A stretch of 64,000 bases of DNA. It comes from Candidatus Latescibacterota bacterium (GTDB taxonomy: Bacteria; Latescibacterota; UBA2968). The notes under the pieces are model-generated. The model was not told where the DNA came from. It saw nothing but the letters and a program-made list of their open reading frames with translations, and did no database searches. Below are positions 1 to 8,527 of the stretch, piece after piece. The translations under genes and the position numbers were made by a program. The stretch is from the NCBI GenBank assembly GCA_965208125.1, contig OZ242320.1:2176001-2240000 (forward strand), read 5' to 3'. Position 1 is the stretch's first letter, and each line of letters begins with the position of its first letter.

Positions 1-193
1 CGCGCCCAATGTGGTCAAAATGTCCGTGTGTGGCAATTATTTCGACGACTTTGATATTGTGGTCTTCAATGAGCTGAAGTATGGTGTCGGTATCGTCGCC
101 GGGATCTATGACAATGCCTTCGCGCGTTTTTTCGCAGGCGAGGATGTAACAATTGACTTCGAGCGGACCGACGATGGTGGATATAAAGATCAC
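1..193 (-). CDS. MBL-fold metallo-hydrolase (glyoxalase II-like), runs off window edge
   Basis: Not in ORF track. Manual translation from GTG at 193: VIFISTIVGPLEVNCYIL...IDPGDD...IIATHGHFDHIG (HxHxDH motif). GTGA overlap with the upstream stop. Confidence 0.9.
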   Translation of the reverse strand, partial: MIFISTIVGPLEVNCYILACEKTREGIVIDPGDDTDTILQLIEDHNIKVVEIIATHGHFDHIGR

Positions 194-1257
194 GATAGTT
201 CCTGCGCGATTTTTACTTCTTCGCCCGTTTCCTGGCTGCGATAGATGCCGTCGAGGATTGCCATGACTTGCAGCGATTGCTCGGCGGGCACGGGTGATGG
301 CTTGCCTTCGGCGATGGCCCGGGCAAATTCGACGCATTCTTGTGCGTGGGGTTCGAGCAGGTCGCGGGTATTTTGCAGGGTGCGGTTGTAGTGCTGTTGT
401 ATATCGTTGTTGCTTTGATAGATTTCACAACTGGGCCAGTGGCTGCCCCCTCTGGTGCCGTAGAGCCACATTTGCATGTCTTCACCCTGCGTTTTGTGGT
501 GGAGTAGCCAGCTGACCTCGAGCACGAGGGTTGCTCCATTTTCAAAGCGCACAAATGCTGCGGCGAAGTCCTCGACATCAAACTGCGCCGATGGGATGAG
601 ACCCCAATTGCTGAAGGCACCTTTCTGGTGGGCGATTTCTGCGCGGGCGACACCAGTGACGGATACGGGTTTGGGGTTGTTCATGAACCAGAGTGTCAGG
701 TCGAGGATGTGTACGCCAATGTCGATGCAGGGACCGCCGCCGCTGTGTTGTTTTTGTATAAAGCCCGGTGTGTTTGGCGCCCCTGAGCGGCGGAGCATCC
801 AGCTGCGCGCGTGGTATATGTCTCCGAGTACGCCCGTATCGAGTTCGGCTCGCATGGCTTTTGATTTGCCCGAGAAACGAAAATGTTGCGCTGTCATCAG
901 GGTTTTGCCGGATTTGTCGCGTGCGGCAATCATGTTTTTGATGAGTTCGGGATTGGGAGCGAGAGGTTTTTCGCAGATGACGTGTTTGCCCGCTTCAAGC
1001 GCGGCAATGGCCAATGGCGCGTGATAATTGTTGGGAGTACAGATGTCGATGATGTCGATATCGGGATTTTTGAACAGGTCTTCCGGGTCGGTGGATAGGA
1101 TGGATATATTGTTATTTTCGCCCCATTTGTTCAGTACCTCTGCACTGATATCACTGCCGGCAATCAGGTCGGCATGTTGGGAGGCGGCCCATCCAGGCAT
1201 GTGCGTGCGCGCGATGCCACCAACGCCGATGATGCCGACTTTGAGTTTGTCTGCCAT
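190..1257 (-). CDS. Gfo/Idh/MocA family oxidoreductase
   Basis: GIIGVGGIA Rossmann motif, CEKP, GGG..DIGVH. Start moved to MADKLK, which has an AAGGAG RBS. Confidence 0.92.
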   Translation of the reverse strand: MADKLKVGIIGVGGIARTHMPGWAASQHADLIAGSDISAEVLNKWGENNNISILSTDPEDLFKNPDIDIIDICTPNNYHAPLAIAALEAGKHVICEKPLAPNPELIKNMIAARDKSGKTLMTAQHFRFSGKSKAMRAELDTGVLGDIYHARSWMLRRSGAPNTPGFIQKQHSGGGPCIDIGVHILDLTLWFMNNPKPVSVTGVARAEIAHQKGAFSNWGLIPSAQFDVEDFAAAFVRFENGATLVLEVSWLLHHKTQGEDMQMWLYGTRGGSHWPSCEIYQSNNDIQQHYNRTLQNTRDLLEPHAQECVEFARAIAEGKPSPVPAEQSLQVMAILDGIYRSQETGEEVKIAQELS

Positions 1258-1361
1258 GATGCTCCTTTCAGGTTTCAGTTGGAATCTCTTAATGAGAGCA
1301 AAAGATAATATCACAGCGCATCAAGGGAAAGTTTTTTTTGTGAAATTGTGATATTTTACCC

Positions 1362-1390
1362 TTGACGCATATACAAATGTTCACTATATT
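1362..1390 (+). promoter_or_regulatory. sigma70-type promoter
   Basis: TTGACG-17 nt-TATATT in an AT-rich intergenic region upstream of 1510. Confidence 0.6.
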
Positions 1391-1509
1391 TATAGCGGTT
1401 GGAAAATAGTATATAATATTTTGTAAAAATTGAATTTAGGAAAGTTTTTGTGATTATATACGACGATTTATGTCGGTATATTCACCTAACTTAGATAGGA
1501 GATGTTCCC

Positions 1510-1839
1510 ATGAAACGCATTGTTCCCATGTTGGGTATCGATTCAGGATCAAAGAAGGTACAACGGGCTACTTCCCGGTCCCGTTTTATCCCTCAGTTTC
1601 GTCGGGAAGTCTGCGAGGTGATTAATCGCGTTCGCGCTGCTTATGGCCCCATTCCCATGAAGACTGTGGCCGATTACCCCGAGGTCAAGGCCGCAGAAGC
1701 GACGATTGAACAGGCTGCGCGATTGGTGTGTAGTGGGCTTGAAAATGTCAAAGTATGGCGCGGTGCGCTGGTGGTTTACGAGTTGACCTGGATGTCTGCG
1801 CTGAAAAAGGTGCGTCCGTCGGATAAGTCAGCCGCTTAA
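1510..1839 (+). CDS. hypothetical protein (109 aa)
   Basis: AGGAG RBS, own promoter and terminator; family not recognised. Confidence 0.75.
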   Translation: MKRIVPMLGIDSGSKKVQRATSRSRFIPQFRREVCEVINRVRAAYGPIPMKTVADYPEVKAAEATIEQAARLVCSGLENVKVWRGALVVYELTWMSALKKVRPSDKSAA

Positions 1840-1860
1840 GTACATTTTTTAATATTCAAG

Positions 1861-1897
1861 AAAGCCGAGATTCTCTGTGGATCTCGGCTTTTTTTTA
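1861..1897 (+). terminator. intrinsic terminator
   Basis: aagccgagat-tctctgtgg-atctcggctt followed by a T-run. Confidence 0.85.
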
Positions 1898-1984
1898 TCA
1901 TTGACGGGATTGGACAATTTCAGGAACTTTTGGCGCTTTGCGAGATATAACTAAAGTTCAATCGCTATAATGGAGAAGTAGTGT

Positions 1985-3388
1985 ATGCAAAGATGGATAT
2001 GGATACTGGTTGCGGGATTTATGGTTTTGCAGGTTGAGGCAAAAATTGATCCCGAATTTCAGACAACGATCGCGCAAATGGAAAAGTTCAGCGAGGCTTT
2101 TGCTGCAGTGGCTTCCGAGGTCAATCCAGGTGTGGTCGCGGTGATTAAGAAAAGAGATGTGCTGGTTGGGGTGCGAAGATCAACGGGCAATCCTCTTTTC
2201 GATCATTTTTTTGGCGGTGGTCTGCAGTATCGAAGAGAACAGCGGCAGCAGGGTTTGGGTTCGGGGGTTATTGTTTCTCGAGATGGCTATATTTTGACCA
2301 ATAATCACGTTGTTGCAGAGGCCGATTCTATTGAAGTAGAACTCGACGATGGCAGAAAGTTCGGCGCAACGCTGGTGGGAACAGATCCGCAGAGCGATGT
2401 TGCGGTGTTGAAAATTGATGGGCGCGATTTGCCCGCGCTGAAGATGGGCGATTCGGACAAGTTGAAGGTCGGTTCATGGGTGCTGGCTATCGGCAATCCG
2501 TATGGTTTGCGACATACGGTGACGTACGGTATTGTGAGCGCGATTGGACGGGGCAATTTAGATATTGTGGATTACGAAGATTTTATTCAAACAGATGCGG
2601 CGATTAACCCGGGCAATAGCGGTGGGGCAATGGTAAATTTGCGCGGGGAACTGGTGGGTATCAATACGGCAATTTTGTCGCGCAGTGGGGGCAGTCAGGG
2701 TATTGGGTTGGCTGTGCCTATCAATATGGCGCGCAATATTATGCAGCAAATTATAGAAGGTGGAGAGGTTAAACGCGGGTATCTGGATGTGGTGGTTCAA
2801 GATCTTACGCCGGAGCTTTCCGAAGCACTGGGATTATCTGTGAATCGGGGTGCGTTGATTCAGGAGGTGGGGGAATTTGCCGAGCAGACGGGTTTGCAGC
2901 CAGGCGATGTGATTGTGGGGTTAAACGACCGCGAGATTTCCAATGCAGATGAATTTCTGACGCGTATTGCGCGAACCCCTCCGGGCGCACAGGTGATAGT
3001 TGAGGTGGTCCGAAGTGGGGCAAATAGAAAGTTGCGCATAACGGTAGATGCGTTTAATCCCTTTCGCGGTCTGAAGGAGATTGAGCGGCAACGCGTCCTG
3101 GGGCTGAATGTTCAGGAGATGACGCCCGCTATTGCCCGTCAGTTTGGTTATAATTCACAATGGGGCATGCTCATTACCGATGTGAGAGCGGGAAGCGCGG
3201 CCGATGCGGCGCGTTTGCAGCGGGGAGATGTGATTCGCGAGATGAATCGCAGAGCCATGCGTTCGATGGAAGATTATGAAGATGTATTGGCGGAGTTGAA
3301 ACCCGGTGACGAAGTCGGGATGATCATTCGCAGAGAGACCCGCAGGCAATATGCCAATTTTTACGCCGTGCTCAAGGTGCCGAAGTAG
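1985..3388 (+). CDS. HtrA/DegP/DegQ serine protease with two PDZ domains
   Basis: Signal peptide; TNNHVV, DVAVL and GNSGG catalytic triad motifs; two PDZ-like segments. Confidence 0.95.
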   Translation: MQRWIWILVAGFMVLQVEAKIDPEFQTTIAQMEKFSEAFAAVASEVNPGVVAVIKKRDVLVGVRRSTGNPLFDHFFGGGLQYRREQRQQGLGSGVIVSRDGYILTNNHVVAEADSIEVELDDGRKFGATLVGTDPQSDVAVLKIDGRDLPALKMGDSDKLKVGSWVLAIGNPYGLRHTVTYGIVSAIGRGNLDIVDYEDFIQTDAAINPGNSGGAMVNLRGELVGINTAILSRSGGSQGIGLAVPINMARNIMQQIIEGGEVKRGYLDVVVQDLTPELSEALGLSVNRGALIQEVGEFAEQTGLQPGDVIVGLNDREISNADEFLTRIARTPPGAQVIVEVVRSGANRKLRITVDAFNPFRGLKEIERQRVLGLNVQEMTPAIARQFGYNSQWGMLITDVRAGSAADAARLQRGDVIREMNRRAMRSMEDYEDVLAELKPGDEVGMIIRRETRRQYANFYAVLKVPK

Positions 3389-3490
3389 AAGTGTGAAGTG
3401 AGAAGTAAGAAGTGAGAAGGCCCCGCCCAACCCCCATACAGGCAGGTGGCTCATCCCCTTTCACACTTCACACTTCATCCTTCATCCTTT
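3388..3490. repeat. inverted pair of heptamer tandem arrays
   Basis: gaagtgt/gaagtga units facing cttcaca/cttcatc units between convergent genes. Confidence 0.7.
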
Positions 3491-4884
3491 ACATACCGTT
3501 CGTCTTTTACTTTTTCCTGAAGGCGGTAGAGTTCGTCTTTGAGTTCGCGCACGATATCGGCGTATTCGGGATCGTCGTACACGTTGTTGAGTTCATAGGG
3601 GTCTTTTTCGAGGTCGAAGAGTTCCCATTCGGGTTCTTTGGTGTCTTCGATTGATCCTTTTTGATTGAGGCCGTCGGCGTAGTAATAGATGAGTTTGTAC
3701 TGGTGGGTTCGCACGCCGTAATGGGCGTAAACATGGTGGTGCGTCAGGTGCATCCAGTAGCGATAATACATCGATGTTTGCCATCCTTCTGGGGTTTCGC
3801 CGTTGAGCAAGGGGCGAATGCTCGATCCCTGGAAGGTTTCGGGAATGTCAATGCCCGCGTAGTCGAGAAAGGTGGGGGCAAAGTCGGTGTTGAGGATCAT
3901 GTCGGTGTTGATACTGCCGGGTTTGATTTCTTTGGGATAGCGGATGATGAAGGGCATGCGCAGCGACTCTTCGTACATGAAGCGCTTGTCATACCAGCCG
4001 TGATCGCCCAGGAAAAAGCCCTGGTCAGATGTGTAAATGACGATGGTGTTGTCGGTGAGGCCTTCTGCGTCGAGATAGTCGAGCATGCGTCCGACATTGT
4101 CGTCGATAGAGGACACACAGCGCAGGTAGTCTTTTATGTAGCGCTGGTATTTCCATTTTTTATCTTCTTCAGGTGAGAGGCCTTCAGGGGGTAATCCCTT
4201 GAGGTCATTTTTGTTCATGTCGCGGTCAACGCGCATTTTGGCGGCTTCGGCAGCACTGGCGCGATTGCTGTAGTCGTCCCAGAAGGTTTCGGGTTCGGGT
4301 ATGTCTTCGTTTTCATACATGTGGGCGTGTTTTTCGTCGGGTTCCCAAGCGCGGTGGGGCGCTTTGTGGTGGTACATGAGCATGAAGGGGCGATTTGTGT
4401 CCCGCGCTTTGAGCCAGTCGAGGCATAAGTCTGTGATGATGTCGGTGACATAGCCTTGATAGACTTTTTCTTCGCCCATTTCTATCATTTCGGGGTTGTG
4501 GTATAATCCCTGTCCGGGTAGCACATTCCAGTAGTCAAAGCCGGTGGGGTCGTGGATGCCGCCGTGCCCGAGATGCCATTTGCCGATCATGGCGGTTTGA
4601 TATCCCGCCTGTTGGAATAATTTGGGAAATGTGAGTTGCCTGCCGTCGAGATGGGTCGCAAGCGTGGTTACGCCGTTGATGTGGTTGTACGTGCCGGTGA
4701 GGATTACCGCCCGGCTGGGGGCACAGATTGAGTTGGTGCAAAAGCAGTTGTCAAAGCGCATGCCTTCATTTGCTATGCGGTCGAGGTTGGGGGTCTGGTT
4801 GATGCGGCTGTTGTAGCAACTCATGGCATGCGATGCGTGATCGTCGGACATGATAAAGAGGATGTTGGGACGGTCTGTAGGCAA
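3475..4884 (-). CDS. sulfatase (Cys-type, no signal peptide)
   Basis: PNILFIMSDDH, CAPSR, GKWHLG, SDQG motifs. TTG start at 4884 after AAGGAG. Confidence 0.93.
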   Translation of the reverse strand: MPTDRPNILFIMSDDHASHAMSCYNSRINQTPNLDRIANEGMRFDNCFCTNSICAPSRAVILTGTYNHINGVTTLATHLDGRQLTFPKLFQQAGYQTAMIGKWHLGHGGIHDPTGFDYWNVLPGQGLYHNPEMIEMGEEKVYQGYVTDIITDLCLDWLKARDTNRPFMLMYHHKAPHRAWEPDEKHAHMYENEDIPEPETFWDDYSNRASAAEAAKMRVDRDMNKNDLKGLPPEGLSPEEDKKWKYQRYIKDYLRCVSSIDDNVGRMLDYLDAEGLTDNTIVIYTSDQGFFLGDHGWYDKRFMYEESLRMPFIIRYPKEIKPGSINTDMILNTDFAPTFLDYAGIDIPETFQGSSIRPLLNGETPEGWQTSMYYRYWMHLTHHHVYAHYGVRTHQYKLIYYYADGLNQKGSIEDTKEPEWELFDLEKDPYELNNVYDDPEYADIVRELKDELYRLQEKVKDERYVKDEG

Positions 4885-4908
4885 GAGAGACTCCTTGGTG
4901 AAGAAGGT

Positions 4909-5057
4909 GATCCGCAGATGAACGCAGATGAAACAACCGTAGGGGCGAGGCATGCTTAAAGCCGCGATCCAGGTGAGAAGGGTGGAACGGTGTGCAACTG
5001 ATAGCGGTCAAAGTTCTGTGAATCCGATTTGTAGGGGCGACCCCCTGTGGTCGCCCG
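4909..5057. repeat. cluster of short palindromic repeats (atctgc-type, CGTC-type, GTAG-type)
   Basis: cgcagatgaacgcagatg; ggcatgcttaaagccgcgatccag; gtaggggcgaccccctgtggtcgcccg (5031-5057). Each type recurs elsewhere in the window. Confidence 0.8.
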
Positions 5058-5192
5058 TGTATCAACATAAGGCAGGATGTGCGCGATATCAAGTGGGACA
5101 AAAGGTGGGCACAGGCGTTTATTCTTTGTGGGGGATGCAATGATTGGTATTATATACAGACGACGCGATGTGACTATGAAGGAGTGAAGTAA

Positions 5193-8100
5193 ATGGGCGG
5201 TCAAAAAGTTTTGTTTTTTATGTGGATGCTCATTCTTTGCCTGAATGCCGAGGTTTTTGCGGGCGAGGCCAGGCATGTGTGGACGTCCTTTCGGCAAGAA
5301 GATGGACTGGCGCACAATGTGGTGACGGCTGTGGTGCAGACGCCTGATGGGGCGATGTGGTTTGCCACGCTGGGTGGGGTGTCGCGCTATGATGGGCGTT
5401 CCTGGGAGAAGTTTGGGGTTGAAGATGGGTTGCCGGGAAATGCTATTCAGGATCTGGTTGCCGCGCCCGATGGGGCATTGTGGGCTGCTGTGGGACGGGG
5501 TTTTGGTCGTGAAGCACGACAGGGACTGGCTTATTTTTTTGGCGAGGAATGGAGGGGGATTGATCTGCCAGAAGAATTGAGGGGTCGAGGGGGCTTGCGC
5601 CAGATTTTGGGGCTGGATGGTGGTCGCTCCTGTCTGGTGACCGATGCAGGTCACTTGTTGCGCTTTGATGGCGCAGATCTTTATTTGGTGATGTTAGATG
5701 GTCAGCCGCTTCAAGGTGTTCAGAGCTTGATGGCCGATGCAAATGGCAAAGTGTGGGTCGCTTATGGGGGGCGAGGGGGCAATGTTTTGTTTGGTCCTGG
5801 AATGGGACGGGGTGGACGCGGTGAACCGGGTGGCAGAGGCAGGCGCGGCGGTTTTAGAGGGGCAGACGGTCCTGATGGTCGTGGAGGGCGAGGTGAACCC
5901 GGTGGCCGGGGCGGGCGTGGTGGTTTGAGGGATATGGACGGTCCTGATGGTCGTGGAGGGCGAGGTGGAAGACCTGACGAGTTTGAGCAGGGTATGGGGT
6001 TATTGGATGTGGATACGGGGGAATGGACGACGATAGCAGATATGGATAGTTTGAGCAATGTATCTGTGTGGGCGATGGCGCAAAGTGACGATGGCGCGCT
6101 CTGGTTTGGTACCGATGATGGCGGGCTTAAGCGGTATTATTCGGGACAATGGGAAACATTTACAACTGAGGACGGGTTGCCTTCTAATCGGGTGCAGGTG
6201 ATCCGCTTTGCACAGGATGGAACGGTGTGGATTGGTACGCCGGCTGGCGCGGCTTTTCGAGATGCGGGCGGACAATGGCGAATTTTTACAGAGCGCGAAG
6301 GATTGCCCAATAGCTATGTGGTCGATATCTGTATTGCTGCGGATGGGGCAATTTGGGTGGGTACGCGTGGGGGGGTTGCGCGTTTGGGGCTTTCGGGGTG
6401 GTTGCACCACAGGAACTGGCCAGGGATGAATGATCGCGGTGCTTCGATTTTCGCGCTTGGTGAAAGTGGTCAGCTCTGGGTTGGCAATGATGCGATTTAC
6501 AAATTTGAGCGGGATTCCTGGCATGTGGCACATGGGTTAGAAGATGTGCGCGGGCGTTTGATCGATTTGTTTGTCGATGGAAAAGGACACCTCTGGACTG
6601 TAACGCCGTTTCAATTGTTGCGTTATGATGGCGAGGTATGGGAGGTGATAAGGCCCGATCGTCGAATGGGATTGGGATTTCGAGCCGTGTGCCCTGCACA
6701 AGATGGCGGCGTGTGGGCAATTACGCGCTCAGGTGTTCAGCGATTCGATGGGCAGGTATGGACGGCTCTGTTTTCCTCACAGGGAGAGAGCAATCCCGAA
6801 AGGTTCAGCATTTCGATTTGCGAGGCGAGCGATGGCAGTTTGTGGCTGGGACAGGTGGATGGCGTGATGCATCTGATGGATGGGAAGCAGCGGAAATACA
6901 CTGCTGCTGATGGGATACCCGGTGGGCCGATTACTGTGGTTGCCGAAGATATTGGTGGACAGATATGGATTAGTTCACTGCTCGAGGGTGTAGCGCATTT
7001 TAATGGGCAGCGATGGCGACGGGTTCCGGGCGCAGATCAGGCGCAGTTTAATGGGGTGAATCGGATATTTCCCGCCAATGATGGCAAGGTGTGGTTGGCT
7101 TCGCCGATTGATGGCGCGATTCACACCGATGGATTTGCCTGGGTGCGCTATACGATTCAAGAGGGGTTGCCGAGTACACAGGTTTGGGATGTGGCGCAAG
7201 ATGCCGATGGTTTGTTGTGGTTTGCGACGTCTGATGGGTTGGGCTGTTATGATCCCGATGGCGATGCGCCCGAGACACTTCTTTTGGCTCCGCCAGTTCA
7301 AATTGCGCCGTATCAAAATGCGTTGTTTGAATTTTCGGGGCAGGATGTGTGGAAGCAGACGCCAGATGGGTCATTGCAATATTCATGGCGGCTTGATGGG
7401 GGAGCGTGGTCCTCTTTTTCGCGCAATAACCGGGTTTTGCTGGAGGATCTGGATGCCGGCGATCACACATTTGAAGTGCGCGCTATGGATCTGGCTTTTA
7501 ATGTGGATAAGACGTCTGCTGTGCAGGTGTTTGAGGTGTTGGCACCTGTGTGGCAACGGCCCTGGTTTGTGGGGTTGAGTGGTGTTTCGTTGCTCATTGT
7601 GCTGGTCACGACGGGATATGCATTTCAAAAGCACAAGCGCTGGCGCATAGCACAGACGCAGTTGATCGATGAGTTGGAGACGGAACTTCAGGAAGCCCAC
7701 GATATGCAGATGGGTCTGTTGCCCCGAGATCCCGTGCGCGAGAGAGGGTTTGAGGTGGTGGGCAGGTGTTTGCCAGCCAATCACGTCGGTGGTGATTATT
7801 TTACGTATTTCTGGCTGGATGACGATCGGAAAATACTGGGGTTTGGAGCCGCAGATGTGTCGGGCAAGGCGATGCAGGGTGCTGTGCGGGCTATGCAATT
7901 GAGCGGGATGTTGCACTATGAGGTTCGCGCGGCACAGACGCCGATAGATGTGTTGCGGAATTTGAATCTCGTTTTGCAAGAGCAATTTGATGCGGCGAGT
8001 TTTGTGACGTGCTGTTTGGGGACGTTGGATTTAGAGACGGGAGAGATTGTTCTGGCCAATTCCGGGCATCCCTATCCCTATCGGGTGTCTGTGGGTGGTG

Positions 8101-8414
8101 ATTTGCAGATGATAGAATTGATGTCTGTGCCTTTGGGTATGACATTGCCGCCCGAGGTCGATACCGAGCCTAGAGAGGCGCGTGCGTTTTTGGATTTTGG
8201 CGATATGCTGGTGCTCTACAGCGATGGGGTGACGGATATGCAAAATGCCGCGGGAGAGTTTTACGAAGAAGCGCGGCTGGAGGCTTTGCTGAAAGAACAC
8301 GCGAGCGCAAGTGCCGATGGTTTGATCGATACGGTGATCGATGATCTGGTTCGGTTTCGCGCGTCGGCGGCACAGACAGATGATGTGACGCTTCTGGTTA
8401 TTAAGAGGCGTTAA
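5193..8414 (+). CDS. membrane sensor: beta-propeller (Reg_prop) + Y_Y_Y + TM + SpoIIE/PP2C phosphatase
   Basis: Signal peptide; repeated DGLP..V....D.DG..W.GT blades; YSWRL..W...GDHTFEVRA; TM after PVWQRPWF; VGGDYF, DVSGK, YSDGVTD, DDVT motifs. Confidence 0.92.
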   Translation: MGGQKVLFFMWMLILCLNAEVFAGEARHVWTSFRQEDGLAHNVVTAVVQTPDGAMWFATLGGVSRYDGRSWEKFGVEDGLPGNAIQDLVAAPDGALWAAVGRGFGREARQGLAYFFGEEWRGIDLPEELRGRGGLRQILGLDGGRSCLVTDAGHLLRFDGADLYLVMLDGQPLQGVQSLMADANGKVWVAYGGRGGNVLFGPGMGRGGRGEPGGRGRRGGFRGADGPDGRGGRGEPGGRGGRGGLRDMDGPDGRGGRGGRPDEFEQGMGLLDVDTGEWTTIADMDSLSNVSVWAMAQSDDGALWFGTDDGGLKRYYSGQWETFTTEDGLPSNRVQVIRFAQDGTVWIGTPAGAAFRDAGGQWRIFTEREGLPNSYVVDICIAADGAIWVGTRGGVARLGLSGWLHHRNWPGMNDRGASIFALGESGQLWVGNDAIYKFERDSWHVAHGLEDVRGRLIDLFVDGKGHLWTVTPFQLLRYDGEVWEVIRPDRRMGLGFRAVCPAQDGGVWAITRSGVQRFDGQVWTALFSSQGESNPERFSISICEASDGSLWLGQVDGVMHLMDGKQRKYTAADGIPGGPITVVAEDIGGQIWISSLLEGVAHFNGQRWRRVPGADQAQFNGVNRIFPANDGKVWLASPIDGAIHTDGFAWVRYTIQEGLPSTQVWDVAQDADGLLWFATSDGLGCYDPDGDAPETLLLAPPVQIAPYQNALFEFSGQDVWKQTPDGSLQYSWRLDGGAWSSFSRNNRVLLEDLDAGDHTFEVRAMDLAFNVDKTSAVQVFEVLAPVWQRPWFVGLSGVSLLIVLVTTGYAFQKHKRWRIAQTQLIDELETELQEAHDMQMGLLPRDPVRERGFEVVGRCLPANHVGGDYFTYFWLDDDRKILGFGAADVSGKAMQGAVRAMQLSGMLHYEVRAAQTPIDVLRNLNLVLQEQFDAASFVTCCLGTLDLETGEIVLANSGHPYPYRVSVGGDLQMIELMSVPLGMTLPPEVDTEPREARAFLDFGDMLVLYSDGVTDMQNAAGEFYEEARLEALLKEHASASADGLIDTVIDDLVRFRASAAQTDDVTLLVIKRR

Positions 8415-8465
8415 TGAAGTGTGAAGGGAGAAGTGTGAAGTAGGAAGAGCCAGAGAATAGCGATT

Positions 8466-8497
8466 GTCATCGCGGCATGCTTAAAGCCGCGATCCAG
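8466..8497 (+). repeat. CGTC-type REP-like palindrome
   Basis: gtcatcgcggc-atgcttaaa-gccgcgatccag; other copies at 29248, 41785 and 52238. Confidence 0.85.
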
Positions 8498-8527
8498 GAG
8501 GTTTTTAGCTTTTGCGAGGGGGTCGGT

